Origin: Felis catus
Lineage: Eukaryota
DNA length: 64,000 bases
Direction of reading: 5' to 3'
NCBI RefSeq assembly: GCF_018350175.1
Contig: NC_058368.1
Span: 86,182,001-86,246,000 of the forward strand
The notes beneath the pieces were generated by a model. That model worked only from the letters and a program-made list of their open reading frames with translations, did no database searches and was not told where the DNA came from. Each line of letters starts with the position of its first letter. The first letter of the stretch is position 1. This document shows, piece after piece, positions 23,056 to 37,526 of this stretch. The position numbers and the translations under genes are program-made.

Positions 23056-25332
23056 AATGCCCTATTATTTTAAAAATAAAATTACATACTTGGGCTGATA
23101 TTGTCAATCTGTCCTTTTCCCCATGTCATAGGTCTTGTTCAAATCCTTGGAATAAATCCATCACCAGGCTATAGAAAAATTCCTCAGGGTCAATGTCAGG
23201 TATTATCTCCTCTTCCTCCTTCTTCTCCACCTGCCACTGAAGGACTCACAGATGTAGTTTAGCTACTTCTTTGACGCAGATATTTAAAGCAAGATGTTAG
23301 TGGTGAAGCATTGCTTAAAATCTACTAAAGACATCACAATTTTAAATACAAAAATTTAATTATATCTCTGGATCTAAGAAAGTAGTATTATTTTTTAAAG
23401 TAAGTGTTCACCTACTTTCCAAGGAAGGATGTAACCTGAGCATTATACATGTCTAACATGTTCTTTTCTTTTTTTTTTCCTTTTTTTACTTAATGGAATT
23501 TATTGTCAAATTGGCTAAAATACAGTGTATAAAGTGTGCTCTTGGTTTGGGGGTAGATTCCCATGGTTCATTATTTACATACAACACACAGTACTTATCC
23601 CAACAAGAACCCTCCTCAATGCTCATCACCCATTTTCCTCTCTCCCCCACAAACCATCAACTCTTAGTTTGTTTTCTATATTTAAGAGCCTCTTATGATT
23701 TGCCTCCCTCCCTCTCTGGTTGTAACTATTTTTCCTCTTCCTTTCCCCCATAGTCTTCTGTTAGGTTTCTTAATTTATACATATGAGTGAAAACATATGA
23801 TATCTGTCTTTCTCTGACTGACTTATTTCACTTAGTATAATACCCTCAAGTTCCATCCATGTTGCTGCAAATGGCAGGATTTCATTCTTTCTCATTGCCA
23901 AGTAGCACTCCAATGCATATATAAACCAAATCTTCTTTATCCATTCATCAGTTGATGGACATTTAGGCTCTTTACATAATTTGGCTATTGTTGCTAGTGC
24001 TGCTATAAACATTGGGGTACATGTGCCCGTATGAATCAGCACTCCTGTATCCCTTGGGTAAATTCCTTGTAGTGCCATTGGTGGGTCATAGGGTAGTTCT
24101 GTTTTTATTTTTTTTTTTGAGGAATGTCCACACTGTTTTCCAGAGCAACTGCACCAGTTTTCATTCCCACCAACAGTGCAGGAGAGTTCCCATTTTTCCA
24201 CATCCTCACCAGCATCTGTTGTTTCCTGATTTGTTCATTTTATCCACTCTGAATGGTGTGGGGTGGTATCTCAGTGTAGTTTTAATTTGCATTTCGCTGA
24301 TGATGAGTGATGTTGAGCATCTTTTCATGTCTGTGTTGGGCATCTGGATGTCTTCTCTGAAAAAGCGTCTATTCATGTCTTCTGCCCATTTCTTCACTGG
24401 GTTATTTGTTTTTTGGGTATTAAGTTTGGTAAGTTCCTTATAGATTTTGTATACTAACCCTTTATCCAATATGCCATTTGCAATTATCTTTTCCCATTCC
24501 ATTGGTTGACTCTTAGTTTTGAGTGTTTCCTTTGCAGTGCAGATTTTTTTTTTATCTTGATGAGGTCTCAATAGTTCATTTTTGCTTTTAATTCCCTTGC
24601 CTTTGGGGATGGGTCAAGCAAGAAATTGCTGCAGCTGAGGTCAAAGATGTTATTGCCTGTTTTATCCTCTGTGATTTTGTGGTTTCCTGTCTCACGTTTA
24701 GGTCTTTCATACATTTTGAGTGTATTTTTGTGTATGGTGTAAGACAGTGGTCTAGTTTCATTCTTTAGCATGTTACTGTCTAGTTTCCCAGCACCATTTG
24801 CTAGACTGTCTTTTCCACTGTATTCTCTTCCTTGCTTTGTTGAAGATTAGTTGGCCATACATTTGTGGGTCCCATTCTGGGTTCTCTATTGTAATCCATT
24901 AGTCTGTGTGTCTGCTTTTGTACCAATACCATGATGTCTTGATGATTACAGCTTTGTAGTAGAGGCTAAAGTCTGGGATTGTGATGCCTGCTGCTTTGGT
25001 TTTCTTCTTCAAAATTACTTTGGCTATTTGGGGTCTTTTGTTGTTCAATACAAATTTTAGGATTTTTTTTCCTACCTTTGAGAAGAATTCCCATGCAATT
25101 AGGACTGGGATTGCTTTGAATGTGTAGATTGCTTCGGTACTATTGACATTTTAACAATATTTATTCTTCCCATCCATGAGCATAGAATGATATTTCATTT
25201 TTTTGTGTCTTCTTCAATTTTCTTCATCAGTTTTCTATAGTTTTCAGCATACAGATCTTTTACATCTTTGGTTAGGTTTATTCCTAGGTATGGTAAGGTT
25301 CTTGTTGCAATTGTAAATGAGATCAATTTCTT

Positions 25333-25381
25333 TTTTTTTTAATTTTATTTTTTTATTTTTAAAATTTACATTCAAATTAGC
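25333..25381 (-). mobile_element. 49-bp retro-insertion (poly-T plus an L1-like 3' tip) with a 19-bp TSD
   Basis: TSD taaatgagatcaatttctt at 25314-25332 and 25382-25400. Confidence 0.85.
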
Positions 25382-25823
25382 TAAATGAGATCAATTTCTT
25401 GATTTCTCTTTCTGATTCTTCTTTATCATTGTATAGAAATGCAACTGATTTCTATGCATTGATTTTGTACTCTGCAACTTTGGTAATAACATATATCAGT
25501 TCTAGGAGTCTTTTGATGGTGTCTTTGGGTTTTCCATGCAGAGTATCATGTCATCTGTGAAAAGTGAGTTTGATTCTTTACCAAGTTTGATGCCTTTTGT
25601 TTCATTTGTTGTCTGATTGCTGATGCTAGGACTTCCAAAACTATGTTAAACAACAACAGTGAGAGTGGACATCCCTGTCATGTTCCTGATCTCAGAGGAA
25701 ATGTTCTGTTTTTCCCCATTGAGGACCATATTAGCTGTGAGCTTTTCATACGTGGTTTTTATGATGTTTAGGTATGTTTCTTCTATCCCAACATTTATGA
25801 ACATTTTTATTAAGAAAGGATGA

Positions 25824-26062
25824 GGGGCACCTGGGTGGCTCAGTCAGTTAAGCATCCAACTTCAGCTCAGGTCATGATCTCACAGTTCATGAGTTGCAGC
25901 CAGCTGTGCTGACAGCTCAGAGCCTGGAGACTGGAGCCTGGTTTAGATTCTGTGTCTCCCTCTCTCTCTGCCCCTCCCCTGCTCATGCTCTGTCTCTCTC
26001 AGTCTCAAAAAAAATAATAATAAATTAAAAGAATAATTAATTAATTAAATAAATAAATAAAA
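25824..26062 (+). mobile_element. CAN-SINE nested in the L1
   Basis: TSD aagaaa(g/a)gatga. Confidence 0.95.
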
Positions 26063-29000
26063 AGAAAAGATGATGTATTTTGCCAAATGCTTTTTCTGTA
26101 TCTATTGACAGGATCATATGGTTCTTATCATTTTTTATTCACAAGATGTATCACACTGATTTATTTGTATATATTGAACCAACCCTGAAGCCCAGGAATG
26201 AATCCCACTTGATCATAGTGAATAATTATTTTGTATGCTGTTGAATTTGATTTGCTAGTATCTTGTTAAGAATATTTTCACCCATGTTCATCAGGGATAT
26301 TGGCCTGTAATTCTCCTTTTTTGTGGGCTCTCTGTCTGGTTGGGGAATCAATGTAATGCTGGCTTCATAGAATGTGTCCAGAAGCTTCCCTTGCATTTCT
26401 ATTTTTTTGGAAAGCTTGAGAATGCTAGGTATTAACTTTGCTTTGAATGTCTCGTAGAATTCCCCTGGGAAGCCATCTGGTCCAGGGCTCTTATTTGTTT
26501 GGAGATTTTTGATAACTGATTCAATTTATTCACTAGTTATGGAATTAATCAAATTTTCTATTTCTTTCCATTTGAGTTTTGGTAGTGTGTGGGTATTTAG
26601 GAATTTGTCCATTTCTTCCAGGTTGTCCAGTTTGTTGGCATATAATTTCTCATAGTATTCTCTGGCAATTGATTGTATTTCTGAGGGATTCATTGTGATA
26701 AATCCATTTTCATTCATGATTTTATCTATTTGGGCCCTCTCTCTTTTCTTTTTGAGAAGTCTGGCTAGGGGTTTATCAATTATGTTTATTTTTGCAATGG
26801 AAGAGCTCTTCATTTCATTGACCTGTTCTACTGTTTTTGTTTGTTGTTGTTGTTTGTTTTTAGTTTCTATATTGTTTATTTCTGCTTTGGCCTTTATTGT
26901 TTTTCTTCCTCTGATGACCCTGGGGTTTCTTTTTTGTTCTGCTTATAGTTCCTTTAGGTGTGCTGTTAGAGTTTGTATTTGGGATTTTTCTTGTTTCTTC
27001 AGATAGACATGAAATACAATGCATATTTTTAGGACTGCCTTTGCTGCATCCCAAAGGGTTTGGACTGTTGTGTTTTCATTTTAATTTGTTTATATATATT
27101 TTTTTATAATTTCTTCTTTAATTGCATGGTTGACCCATTCATTCTTTAGTAGGATGTTCTTTAACCTCTGTACACATTTGGAGGTTTTCCTAAATTTTCC
27201 TGTGGTTGATTTCAAGTTTAATAGCATTGTGATCTGAAAATATGCAAGATATGATCTCAATACTTTTGTATTTATTGAGGGCTGTTTTGTGACCTGGTAT
27301 GTGATCTATCGTGGAGAATGTTTCATGTACATGCGAGAATAGCGTGTATTCTGCTGCTTTAGGATGAAAAGTTGAATATATCTGTCAAGTTCATATTGTC
27401 CAGTGTATCATTCAGGGGCATTGTTTCTTTATTGATTTTGTGCCTAGATGATCTATCCATCGTTGTAAGTGGAGTATTAAAGTCCCATGTGATTACCACA
27501 TTCTTTTCAATAAGAATGCTTATGTTTGTGATTGTTTTATATATTTAGGTGTCTCCTAATTGGGCACATAAACATTTATAATTGTTATCTCTTCTTGATG
27601 GATATACCCCATAATTATGATATAATGCCCGTCTTCATCTCTTGTTTCAGCCTTTATTTTAGGATATAGTTTGTCTGATATAAGTATGGCTACTTTCATT
27701 TGACTTCCAGTAGCATGATAAATGGTTTACATCCCCTCACTTTCAATCTAAAGGTATCCTTAAATCTCAAATGGGTCTCTTGCAGAGAGTAAATAGATTT
27801 GTCTTTTTTTTCTTTCCATTCTTATATCCTATGTCTTTTGATAAGAGCATTTAGTTCATTTACATTCAGTGTTATTTTTGAAAGATATGGCTTTAGTGTC
27901 ATTGAGTTATATGTAGGTTTCATTCTTGGAGTGATATCTCTGATCATTTTGGTCTTTGCAACATTCCACTCACAGAATCTCCCTTAGGATCTCTTGTAGG
28001 GCTGCTTTAGTGATGATGAATTCCTTCAGTTTTTGTTTGTCTGGGAAAAACTTTCTCCCTCCTTCTATTCTGAATGACAGGCTTGCTGGATAAAGAATTC
28101 TTGGCTGCATATTTTTTTTTTCCTATTCAGCCTTTCGAAAACTTTTTGCCACTCCTTTTCTGGCCTGCCAAGTTTCAGTAGATAGGTCTGCTCCTACCCT
28201 TATGTGTCTACCCTTGTGTGTTAAGGCCCATTTGTCTTTAGCTGCTTTCAGAATTCTCTCTTTATCTTGGCATTTTGTCAGTTTCACTATGATATGTCAT
28301 GCCAAAGATTGATTCCCGTTAGATCTGAAGTGAGCTCACTCTCCTTCCTGGATTTCAATGTCTGTTTCCTTCTCCAGGTTGGGGAAGTTCTCAGCTATGA
28401 TTTGTTCAAGTACACTTTCTGCCCCTTTTTCTCTTCTGAAATTCCTATGTTATGGATATAATTATGTTTTACTGAATCACTTAATTCTCTAATTCTCCCC
28501 GCACAGTCCAGCATTTTTTTAATCTTTTTCTCAATTTCACATTTTCCATAATTGTATCTTCTATTCAGTTATTCTCCCCTCTGCCTCTTGAATCCTCACT
28601 GCTACTGCCTCTAGTTTAATTTGCACCTCATTTACAGCATTTTTAAATTCAACATGACTATTTTTTAGTTCCTTGATCTCTGAAGCACTAGATTCTCTGT
28701 TGTCTTCTATAATTTTTTCAAGCCTAGCGATTAATCTTATTACTATTATTCTAAATTCTTGTTAAGTTGTATTGTTTATATCTGTTTGATCAATTCTTTC
28801 GCTGTCATTTCTTTCTGGAATTCTTTTGAGGAAAATTCTCTTTTGCCATTTAGACTATTTTTCTGTCCCTTATGAGTTTTAAAAGCTTATTAGGTGCCCT
28901 TCACCTGGAACTACTACTATATTGAAGTGGGGCAAACACTTTTCAGAGCCTGGCCCTTCAGGAGGTGTTTTTTAGAATGTGTTACTTCTCTCTGTTGTTG

Positions 29001-30738
29001 TGATTTTGGTTGCTTTATCTCCCTACTCTTAGTGATGTTTTGGATCCTCTGCCCGGTGTGCTTTGATTTGTTTGTTGAAGTAGCCCTGGAAAAGAAAACA
29101 AACAAGCAGAAAATAAAATAGAAAAACACCAGCTACAGCACAAGATGTGGGGGTATCGTTGTTGGAAGACAACAAAGAGAAAAATGACAGGGTTGGGGAA
29201 AAAGAAAAGAGAAGAAAATTAACCAGGCACAGAAGAGAAACTATAGGGCTTAATCCAGGGAAGGAGAGAGAGGAAATTATAAGAGACATACAACAGGTAC
29301 AAAGAGAATAGTTCAAATACATCTGCTTAAACAAACCATCAGAAAAATCAGACTAGAGGAAGGAAGAAATAAGAGGGAGAAAAGGAAGAAAAAAAATATA
29401 TCATAGATTTGTATACGATAACAATTGTCCAAGAACTAAAACAGGAAATGCAAAATTGCTGAATGCTTTGGAACCAGTGGCAGAGCTGGACTGGAGGAGG
29501 GGTTGTCTGGTTCATCAGAGTCAATTCCAGTAGATATGGAGTTAGCAGGCACTGAGGGACATGGTTTGGTGTAGGCAGGCCCTACCTCCACTGTGTGCCC
29601 ACCGTCTGTTCACTGTAGCCCCACCTTGTCGGTGATGGGGATAAAAATGGCAACACCCCAGTCTCTCCTCCATGGACCAGGTGCCCCAAGCCACTCTGTT
29701 CAGGCAGTCTTCACAGTGCCACTAATGCGAATGAGGCAGAGGTGGTTTGTCCTGCTTCCCCTACTCTCCACTCATCCTTAGTGCTTGGCTGGGATTTAAA
29801 CCCAGATGTCTTAAAGGGTCCCACTATGTGCACCCCAGTTTCGGGGAAGTGTTCCTCTGAGCCACTGACGTATGGCTTCTGGCAGGCAGGTGCAGGCCGC
29901 CTTTGTCCTTTGAATGGTTATATGCCTTCTTCCCACAGCTGTTCAGGGAGGGGATTGCTTTCTTTCACAGTGGACTGCACCTCTGAGCTTGTTACTGAAA
30001 CTGAGGCTGGCTCCCCTCCTCCCCAGTTGTGAAAACAGGACAACTGGCCCCCGTCCAGAGAAAACCCCACAGTTAGAGATTGGATCATTCTCCATCCCAG
30101 TCTGTGTTTTTTCTCTTGTCCATATACAGTCTTACACTTCTCCAGCTTCCCTTTCTCTTCCCTTTGTCCCTCCACAGAAGGGGATCCCTCCCATCTGTTC
30201 CTACAAGGCCCATTTTATCTCTCCCAGTTCGCAATCACATACCTATGGCCTGCTAGGCTGTCCCCGGGTGCCCCTGGAGATGTATTTGTCACTTTTCAGT
30301 CCGAACTCTTAGAATTCAAGGTCCTTTGGCCTCAACACTGCTGTGTTTGAGTGATGAGGTAACTTTGGGTCCCTCTACTTCTCCACCATCTTGGCTCTCT
30401 CCAGAGCCCCCAGTTTTAATGGCAGGATATTGCTTTGAGACACTGACTCTGAATGGACTAGTTTGAAATGCTCTAGTTTGAAAACTAGAGCAAAAGGATG
30501 GAAAGAAATGCACAGATGGCCAAAGCACTTGATTACCAATGAGAGTGGGATGCAGCTAAGAATGAAATGCCTAGCAAATCTTCTGAGAAACTGTTGCCTC
30601 TAGTAAGAAACACCTGTCATGACTAACATGTTCTGAATCCTGTTTCAAGTTATCATCAAATTATGTAGAACTAAGACTTCTAAAGTTTTTGGGTGGACAC
30701 AATTTGACCCATAAGAGACCCTTCTCCACTCTGTTTAT

Positions 30739-30771
<33 letters not shown>

Positions 30772-30775
<4 letters not shown>

Positions 30776-32353
30776 GAATAAAAAAGAGAACAAGTGAAGG
30801 GAACTCAGTGACATCATCAAGTATAATAACATCTGCATTATAGGGAACACAGAGGAAGAAGAGAGAGGATGTATAAAATATATTTGAAGAAATAATAGCT
30901 GGAAATTTTCTAGTCTGAATAAAGAAGGATAAATACAGGAGGCACAGAGATCCCCCAACAAAATAACCCAAGGGGGTCTACACCAAGAGACATAGTACTT
31001 AAAATGGCAAAAAGTAATAATAAGAGATAATTTTAAAAGGAGGGAAAAAAAGTAACAAGGAAAATAGTTACATACAAAATAAACCCCATAATGTTTTCAG
31101 CTAATATTTTGTAGAAACATAACCAAGGAGATGAAAGATATGTAGTCTGAAAACTATAACTCATTGATGAAAAAACTGAATATGACATAAACAAATGGAA
31201 AAATATCCCATGCTCATGGACTGGGAGAATCAACAATGTTAAAATGACTATAATATCCAAAGCAATCTAAAGGTCTTATTCAATCTCTATCAAACTACCA
31301 ACATTTTCCTCAAAATTAGAGCAAATTATACTGAAATATTTATAAAACCACAGAAGATCTTGAGTAGCCAAAGTCATCTTGAAAAAGAAGAACTAAGCTG
31401 AAGGTATCACAATTACCCAAATGCTAAGTTAAAGAAGAGTATGACACAAATATAGACATATAGGTCAATAGAACAAAATGGCCTGGAAATGAAGCCATCT
31501 TGATATGGTGAATCTATGATAAAGGAAGCAATGACATACAATGAGGAACAGATAGTCTCTATAATAAATGGTACCAGAAAACTTGGACAGCACCAACCAA
31601 AAAAATGAAGCTGGGCCACCATTTTGCACGATACATGAAAATAAACTCAAAATGGATTACAAATCTTTATGTAAGACTGTAAACAATAAAACTTGTAGAA
31701 AAAAAAACATATGCAGTAATTTATTTGACATTGGCAGTAGAAATATTTTCTAGATATGTGTTCTCAGGCAAGATAAACAAAAGCATCAAATTAAAAAACT
31801 TCTGCACAGCAAAGAAAGCCATCAACAAAACTAAAAGGCAACTACTAAATGGTAGAATATACTTTCAAATATATATCTGGAAAGGAGTTGATATCCAAAA
31901 TATATGAATAACTTATATAAGCCAACACTTAAGAAAATTCAATTAAAAATGGGTAGAGGTCCTGTATACACATTTTTACAAAGAAGACAAACAGATATCC
32001 AACAGACACATACACAAGGAAAATGCAAACCAAAATCATAATGAAATATCACATTATACCTGCCAGACTAGCTTAAATAAAAAATGCAATAAATAGCAAG
32101 TATTGGTCAGGATGTGGAGAAAAGGGAACTCTTATGTACTATTAATAAAAATGCAAATAGGTACAGTCACTGAGAAAAAAGTATGGAGGCTCTACAAAAA
32201 AATTGAAAATAGAATTACCATATGATCTAGTAATTCCATTACTGGGTATTTACACAATGGAAAATAGAACACCAATTTAAAAAGATATATGTACCCCTAT
32301 CTTTATTATAGCATTATTAAATAGACAAAGTATGGAAGCAACCCGTGTCCATC

Positions 32354-32391
<38 letters not shown>

Positions 32392-32855
32392 GTGTGTGTG
32401 TGTGTGATATATATAATGTGTGTATAAATATGTATTATATTTACATGTGTGTGTATATGCACACAAACACACTGGAATGTTAGCCATAAAAAAGAATGTG
32501 GTCTTGACATTTGTGACAATTTGAATGGACTTAGAAGGTATAATGCTAAATGAAATAAGTCAGTCAGATAAAGGCAAATACCTTATGATTTCATTCCTTT
32601 GTGGAATTTAAGAAACAAAACTAACAAGTAAAAAATAAAGAAACAGTAAGGAAGACACCTAAATACAGAGAAAAAAAAAATTGGCTGTTGCAGGGGAGGT
32701 GGGTAGGTTAATGAGTAAAATAGACAAAGGATATTAACAGTATACTCATTTTGATGAGCACAAAATAATGTATAGAATTGTTGAATCATTATAATGTATA
32801 CCTATAACTAATACAATACTGTATATTATTTATGCCTCAATTAAAAAAAAAAAAG
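30772..32855 (+). mobile_element. Older L1 (L1MA/L1_Carn-like) with an ORF1 piece joined to the 3' part of ORF2 and the 3' UTR
   Basis: ORF1-like tttgaagaaataatagctggaaattttc; ORF2-like LKNFCTAK; 3' end with A tail near 32845. Confidence 0.85.
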
Positions 32856-32994
32856 AGGAGAGAGTGAAAGAGAGAGACAAAGGCTTGGATGCCCAGAGGC
32901 CATGAAATTAGAATCTCAAGACATGTTTACTTTGTGTATGTTTGTATATGTGTGCTTGATCAGAAGGTATTTGCTGATAAGAAAAAAAATGTAT

Positions 32995-33095
32995 TTAATT
33001 TTTTTAGTAATTTATACACCCAACGTGGGGCTGGAACTCATGACCATGAGTTCAAGTGTCCGGTGCTATTCTGTTGGAACTATGCAGGCACCCCA
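32995..33095 (-). mobile_element. Short old CAN-SINE
   Basis: cccaacgtggggctggaactcatgacc...caggcacccc. Confidence 0.75.
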
Positions 33096-33406
33096 ATATG
33101 AATCTTAATGGTGAGATTATTTCAGTTTTATTTAATTTAGATACTGCATTTTTCTGGGTAAATAACCACATAATCTGAACTAGAAACACATTTCAATATA
33201 ATTCTGAGGTCTTAAACCCACTGTGCCAGGGAGGAGAGAAACTGATCTTTGTATTTTCTTTGTTGGTACTATCAATGCTGCTCCAAATTAAGGACTGATT
33301 GTGGAAAGAGCCTCACAACTGAACAACAGTAAGTCTTTGAATATACATGTTTTTGAAGGCTGGAAGTTTTAAATCAACACCAAGATATTGAAAGCATTGA
33401 GTACCT

Positions 33407-33623
33407 AAAGAGGTTAGAGTGGGAGAGAGCCAAAGCATAAGAGACTCTTAAAAAATGAGAACAAACTGAGGGTTGATGGGAGGTGGGAGGGAGGGGAGGG
33501 TGGGTGATGGGTATTGAGGAGGGCACCTGTTGGGATGAGCACTGGGTGTTGTATGGAAACCAATTTGACAATAAATTTCATGTATTTAAAACAAACAAAC
33601 AAATAAATAAATAAATAAATAAA
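33407..33623 (+). mobile_element. 5'-truncated L1_Fc-type 3' UTR stub
   Basis: Near-identical to about 19497-19675; TSD tgaaag(c/g)attgagtacct at 33389-33406 and 33624-33641. Confidence 0.95.
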
Positions 33624-34386
33624 TGAAAGGATTGAGTACCTGCTCATAGGTGTGATTATATTCAAGGCTATCCCTCTTGGAAGTAGAAGTTGAAAAACAA
33701 GAATCACTGGACATACAAGTACTTAATTCTCTTTGTGTGTTTGGAAAGGGCATGTATGACTGCTTTCTGGGATTGATTACAGTCTTTTACCTATGACAGA
33801 ATCTGTGGAGCTTAGACACCCAATCTAGGGTTCATTATCTGAATATTGTAAATACTGACAGAAGTTTGTTGTTAGTAGGAATTGAAAAGTCTTACATATT
33901 AAAATTCTATGACTGGGTGGGAAAAACAGAGAATTCTAGGTGAAATACGTTATTTAAAGGTTTCAATGAATTTACCATTGTAAGAGAAGAAGTGAAGACA
34001 GTTGATGGAATGTAACAATAGCCTTGAAGCCAAATTACTTTTAATATTTCAAATATCTCAAGGATCAGCTAATAAGTGGAATGAAATTTCTTCCCATTAA
34101 AGCTTTCTGTTCTACAATAGAGGGCATGAAAATAAACATGGTGCCTTGGATGTGATTACTCATGGTGCTTCTGAAAATCTGCCAGGGTGTTATATGTGCT
34201 CTGTTCCAGATAAACATCTGACTAACACAAGGCCAGTTTCACGTCCTCTAGAAATTTTAACTCTAAGCCACAGGTAGTCTAGTAAAATGACATAGATTTC
34301 CACACAGCTTTTTTCCATGAAAAAAGACACCACTACCTGTACTTTCTTGTGAAAGCTATTAAATTATGTATATTTAAAGTCACCAA

Positions 34387-34593
34387 GGAGTGCCTGGGTG
34401 GCTCAGTTGGTTGAGTGTCTGACTCTTGATCTCATGGTTCATGGGATCGAGTCCCATGTTGTGCTCTTGCACTGACATCATGGAGACTGGTTGAGAAACT
34501 CTCTCTCTCTCTCTCTCTCTCTTCCTCTGCTTCACCCCCACTCGCATGTGCACACACATGCTCTCTCTCTCAAATAATTAATATTAAAAAAAT
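34387..34593 (+). mobile_element. CAN-SINE
   Basis: Head, (CT)n, A tail. Confidence 0.9.
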
Positions 34594-36277
34594 AATGTCA
34601 GCAAGTAAGCAGTTCAGGTTAAAGACAACTGCTTTATTAATGATATAAGACCTAGATAATCCCATGCTAATTTTCTGTGTTGACAAAGGAGTAAAGTAAG
34701 TTAGTCAGAAAAACTATTTGGTGCTGATACAATAACATTTATGTCTCAGTTCTTTTAATGTCACAAATATTGTTTTACTCTCATATGACACTCCATTATG
34801 AACCCTCTGATAGTTTTGTTCTACTGGATTTTCATCTTCATTCTGACTGAATAGCACGTATCTGGATCTTCCTGGCTAATGTGGTAGAGAGAAGAGAATT
34901 TGGTCAAACACACACCCTGATCATTTGCCCATCATTGACCTTTGTTCCCATTTTATTGCCCAAAGCAAACTTCATGGCCAAACTTGACATCATAGTCTTT
35001 TACTAAGTTCTAATAATCTCGGGAAGGAAATGAATACTGGTGAGCAGGCGAGCAGTCTCTCTAAAGCTCCATGGACTGATTCCTCATTATAGTTTTCTAG
35101 TGTTCCACCCTGAAAGCAGAATTTTTCAAATTCAACTCCTTCCAGTTCAGTGAAAGATAACACCTTTTAATGTTTTCAGTTACAAATAGCAAGTTTTTTT
35201 GCTCCCCCCCTCCATCAGGGAAAAACAATAATAGTATAAACCTGAAAAATCAGTCTAAGGCCAATAGCTTATTGTACAGTTTATTTTATTTCATTGTTTT
35301 TTTCTTTTAATTTTCCAGTTAAAGTTAAATATTGTAGCAATAATTCCTTCAAAACATTGCTGTAGATAGTGAAAATGCCTACCATACAATATGTAATTAA
35401 CATTAAGACTAATACAATTAATTCCCTTCACATCTGTGTACTATGGATATAAAGACTTAAAGAAAAACAATGAACCATCTATTATATATGTATATATACA
35501 CACATATATATATGAAAACAATAAAAATAATAAGAAATAAGAATAAGAAAACAACATAAAATGTGTATATACATTTTATATTGTTTTCTTATTTTTAATT
35601 CCAGTACAGTTATCATACAGTGTTATATTAATTTCAAGTGTTCAATATAGTGATTATTTTATCATTATAAATTGTATTTATTTTTGTCTTCAATGTCATG
35701 TTAATTTTGAAATATCTTCCTGTATGTGTGGTTTCTCAACATATGTATCTATGCCTGTCCAAGGAAGAAGCCAGATCCTTTTTTTCCCAGTTTTTCTTGA
35801 AGTAGGCTGCAGGCATATTAACCATGTTATCCAATCATATGCATTCATGATAAAATTCATTGTCAAAGCTAGTGACAGGGAACACTCATTTACAATTACA
35901 TTGAAAAAGTTTTTTTGGGGGGGGTGTTGAGAGAAGGGATCTTGTGATCCCTAAGAAGTTCATATCTACCAATAAAAATATTGACATCACATGTGTAAAT
36001 TGTACATGTGTATACCAAATGCAGATACCTAAAAGCATTGTTTATAATAATCATTAAACTTGTTTCAAGTGTCCATCAATATACAAACAAATAAATTGTC
36101 ATAATAATATAATAGGGTACTACACAGAAATGAGAATGTACTACAAATAGATACATGCAACAGTACAGATAAATTTTATGAGCATACTGCCCAGTGAAAA
36201 AAAAATTAGACACAAATGAGTATATGCCATATGATTCCATTCATCTAAAGTTCAAAAAACTGGCAAATTTCATCTAT

Positions 36278-36506
36278 AGGGCACCTGGGTGGCTCAGTCA
36301 GTTAAGGATTGGATTTTGGATTAGGTCATGATCTCAGGATTTGTAAGTTTAAGCCCCACATGGGGTGAGTTCGAGTCATGCTTGGGGTGAGCTCGAGCCC
36401 CACTTTGGATCAGCTCAATCCCTGCTTCATGTGATCATGAGCCCCACTTCTCTCCCCCCTCCTCTGCCCTTCATTCACTTGCACTGTCTTCCTCTAAAAA
36501 AAAAAA
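36278..36506 (+). mobile_element. CAN-SINE variant within an old L1M fragment (about 35870-36680)
   Basis: Canonical head; internally reiterated gagccccac-like units; TSD about ca(t/c)cta(t/c)ag. Confidence 0.85.
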
Positions 36507-36708
36507 TCACCTACAGTTATATTAGTGACAGGAAGAGTTATTTTTCTAGGGTGTTACAACGGGAGGGCATGCAAAGGGAACTCTGGAATTCTGGTAATGG
36601 CTTGTTTCTCGATATGGCCGTTGGTTATGTTTGTTTTTACTGTATGAAAATTAATTGAGCTGTTTGATTGTATATTTGCCATGTGCTGCTCTGTAAAAAG
36701 TTCACTTA

Positions 36709-36818
36709 GAAAAGAAAGAAAAGAAAAGAGAAGAAAAGGAAAAAGGGGAAGAGAAGAGAAGAAAAAAAGAAAAGAAAAGAAAAGAAAAGAAAAGAAAAGA
36801 AAAGAAAAGAAAAGAAAA
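36709..36818. repeat. (GAAAA)n purine-rich microsatellite
   Basis: Direct observation. Confidence 0.95.
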
Positions 36819-37474
36819 ACTGGTGATGTGAAGATGCAGACCTGCATGGAGTTCTCTCTGGAGAGGCTGGTAGGAGGAAGTAACATGCATGTGCCATAGA
36901 GACAAAGAGTGTAGCTCCAGCTTCTGCACCAGAATTAGCAGTGCAGCTTCAGTGCTTGCATCCACTCAGAGGAGCCATGCCCCACTGGGATGGCAGGGGG
37001 TAAAGTGTCTATGTTGGTCTCCAAGTGTGGCAATTCCAAATGTTCTATAATCAATTTAGCATGTGTTCTCAACTTTAATTTCCACTTAAACTAGTTCTAT
37101 CTTTTCCTAACTCATACAATATTTTTGTATTTATACTTGGATAGTGAGAAGATTGTCATGTATCTGTAACATGTGTATAAACAGAGGTCCTATGGAAAGT
37201 TACCAGAAGGTTGTAAAATATTTCCCAAAATTTGAGCTACCTCATCTTACTGTGGGATAGAATTACTTCAAGAATGGTGTAACAACAATGATTATGCTAG
37301 GGTCCAGGAATGGTACAATACTCTCCCACATCCTTCTGTTCTGTACCTGTAATCTTACCACTCTACATGATGGAAAACAGGAATTCTGTGCATTTCTGGA
37401 TATATTTTTATTCTTCTGGAAAAAAAGTGTAAGAATTAGATTTTTATATAAGGGTTCTGAGGAGTTACCTCCTT

Positions 37475-37526
37475 TTATCTCTCAAATTGTTTTCCACTAG
37501 TTATCTCTCAAATTGTTTCCCACTAG
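37475..37526. repeat. 26-bp tandem duplication
   Basis: ttatctctcaaattgttt(t/c)ccactag twice. Confidence 0.9.

Larger units (their letters stand above)
23465..30410 (-). mobile_element. Full-length decayed carnivore/felid L1 (5' UTR, ORF1, ORF2, 3' UTR, poly(A))
   Basis: Poly-T at about 23461-23490; several ORF2 fragments in the ORF track ([32 protein letters not shown]..; PMFIAAL..); 5' end reads gagagccaagatggtggagaagtag on the - strand near 30400. Confidence 0.95.
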
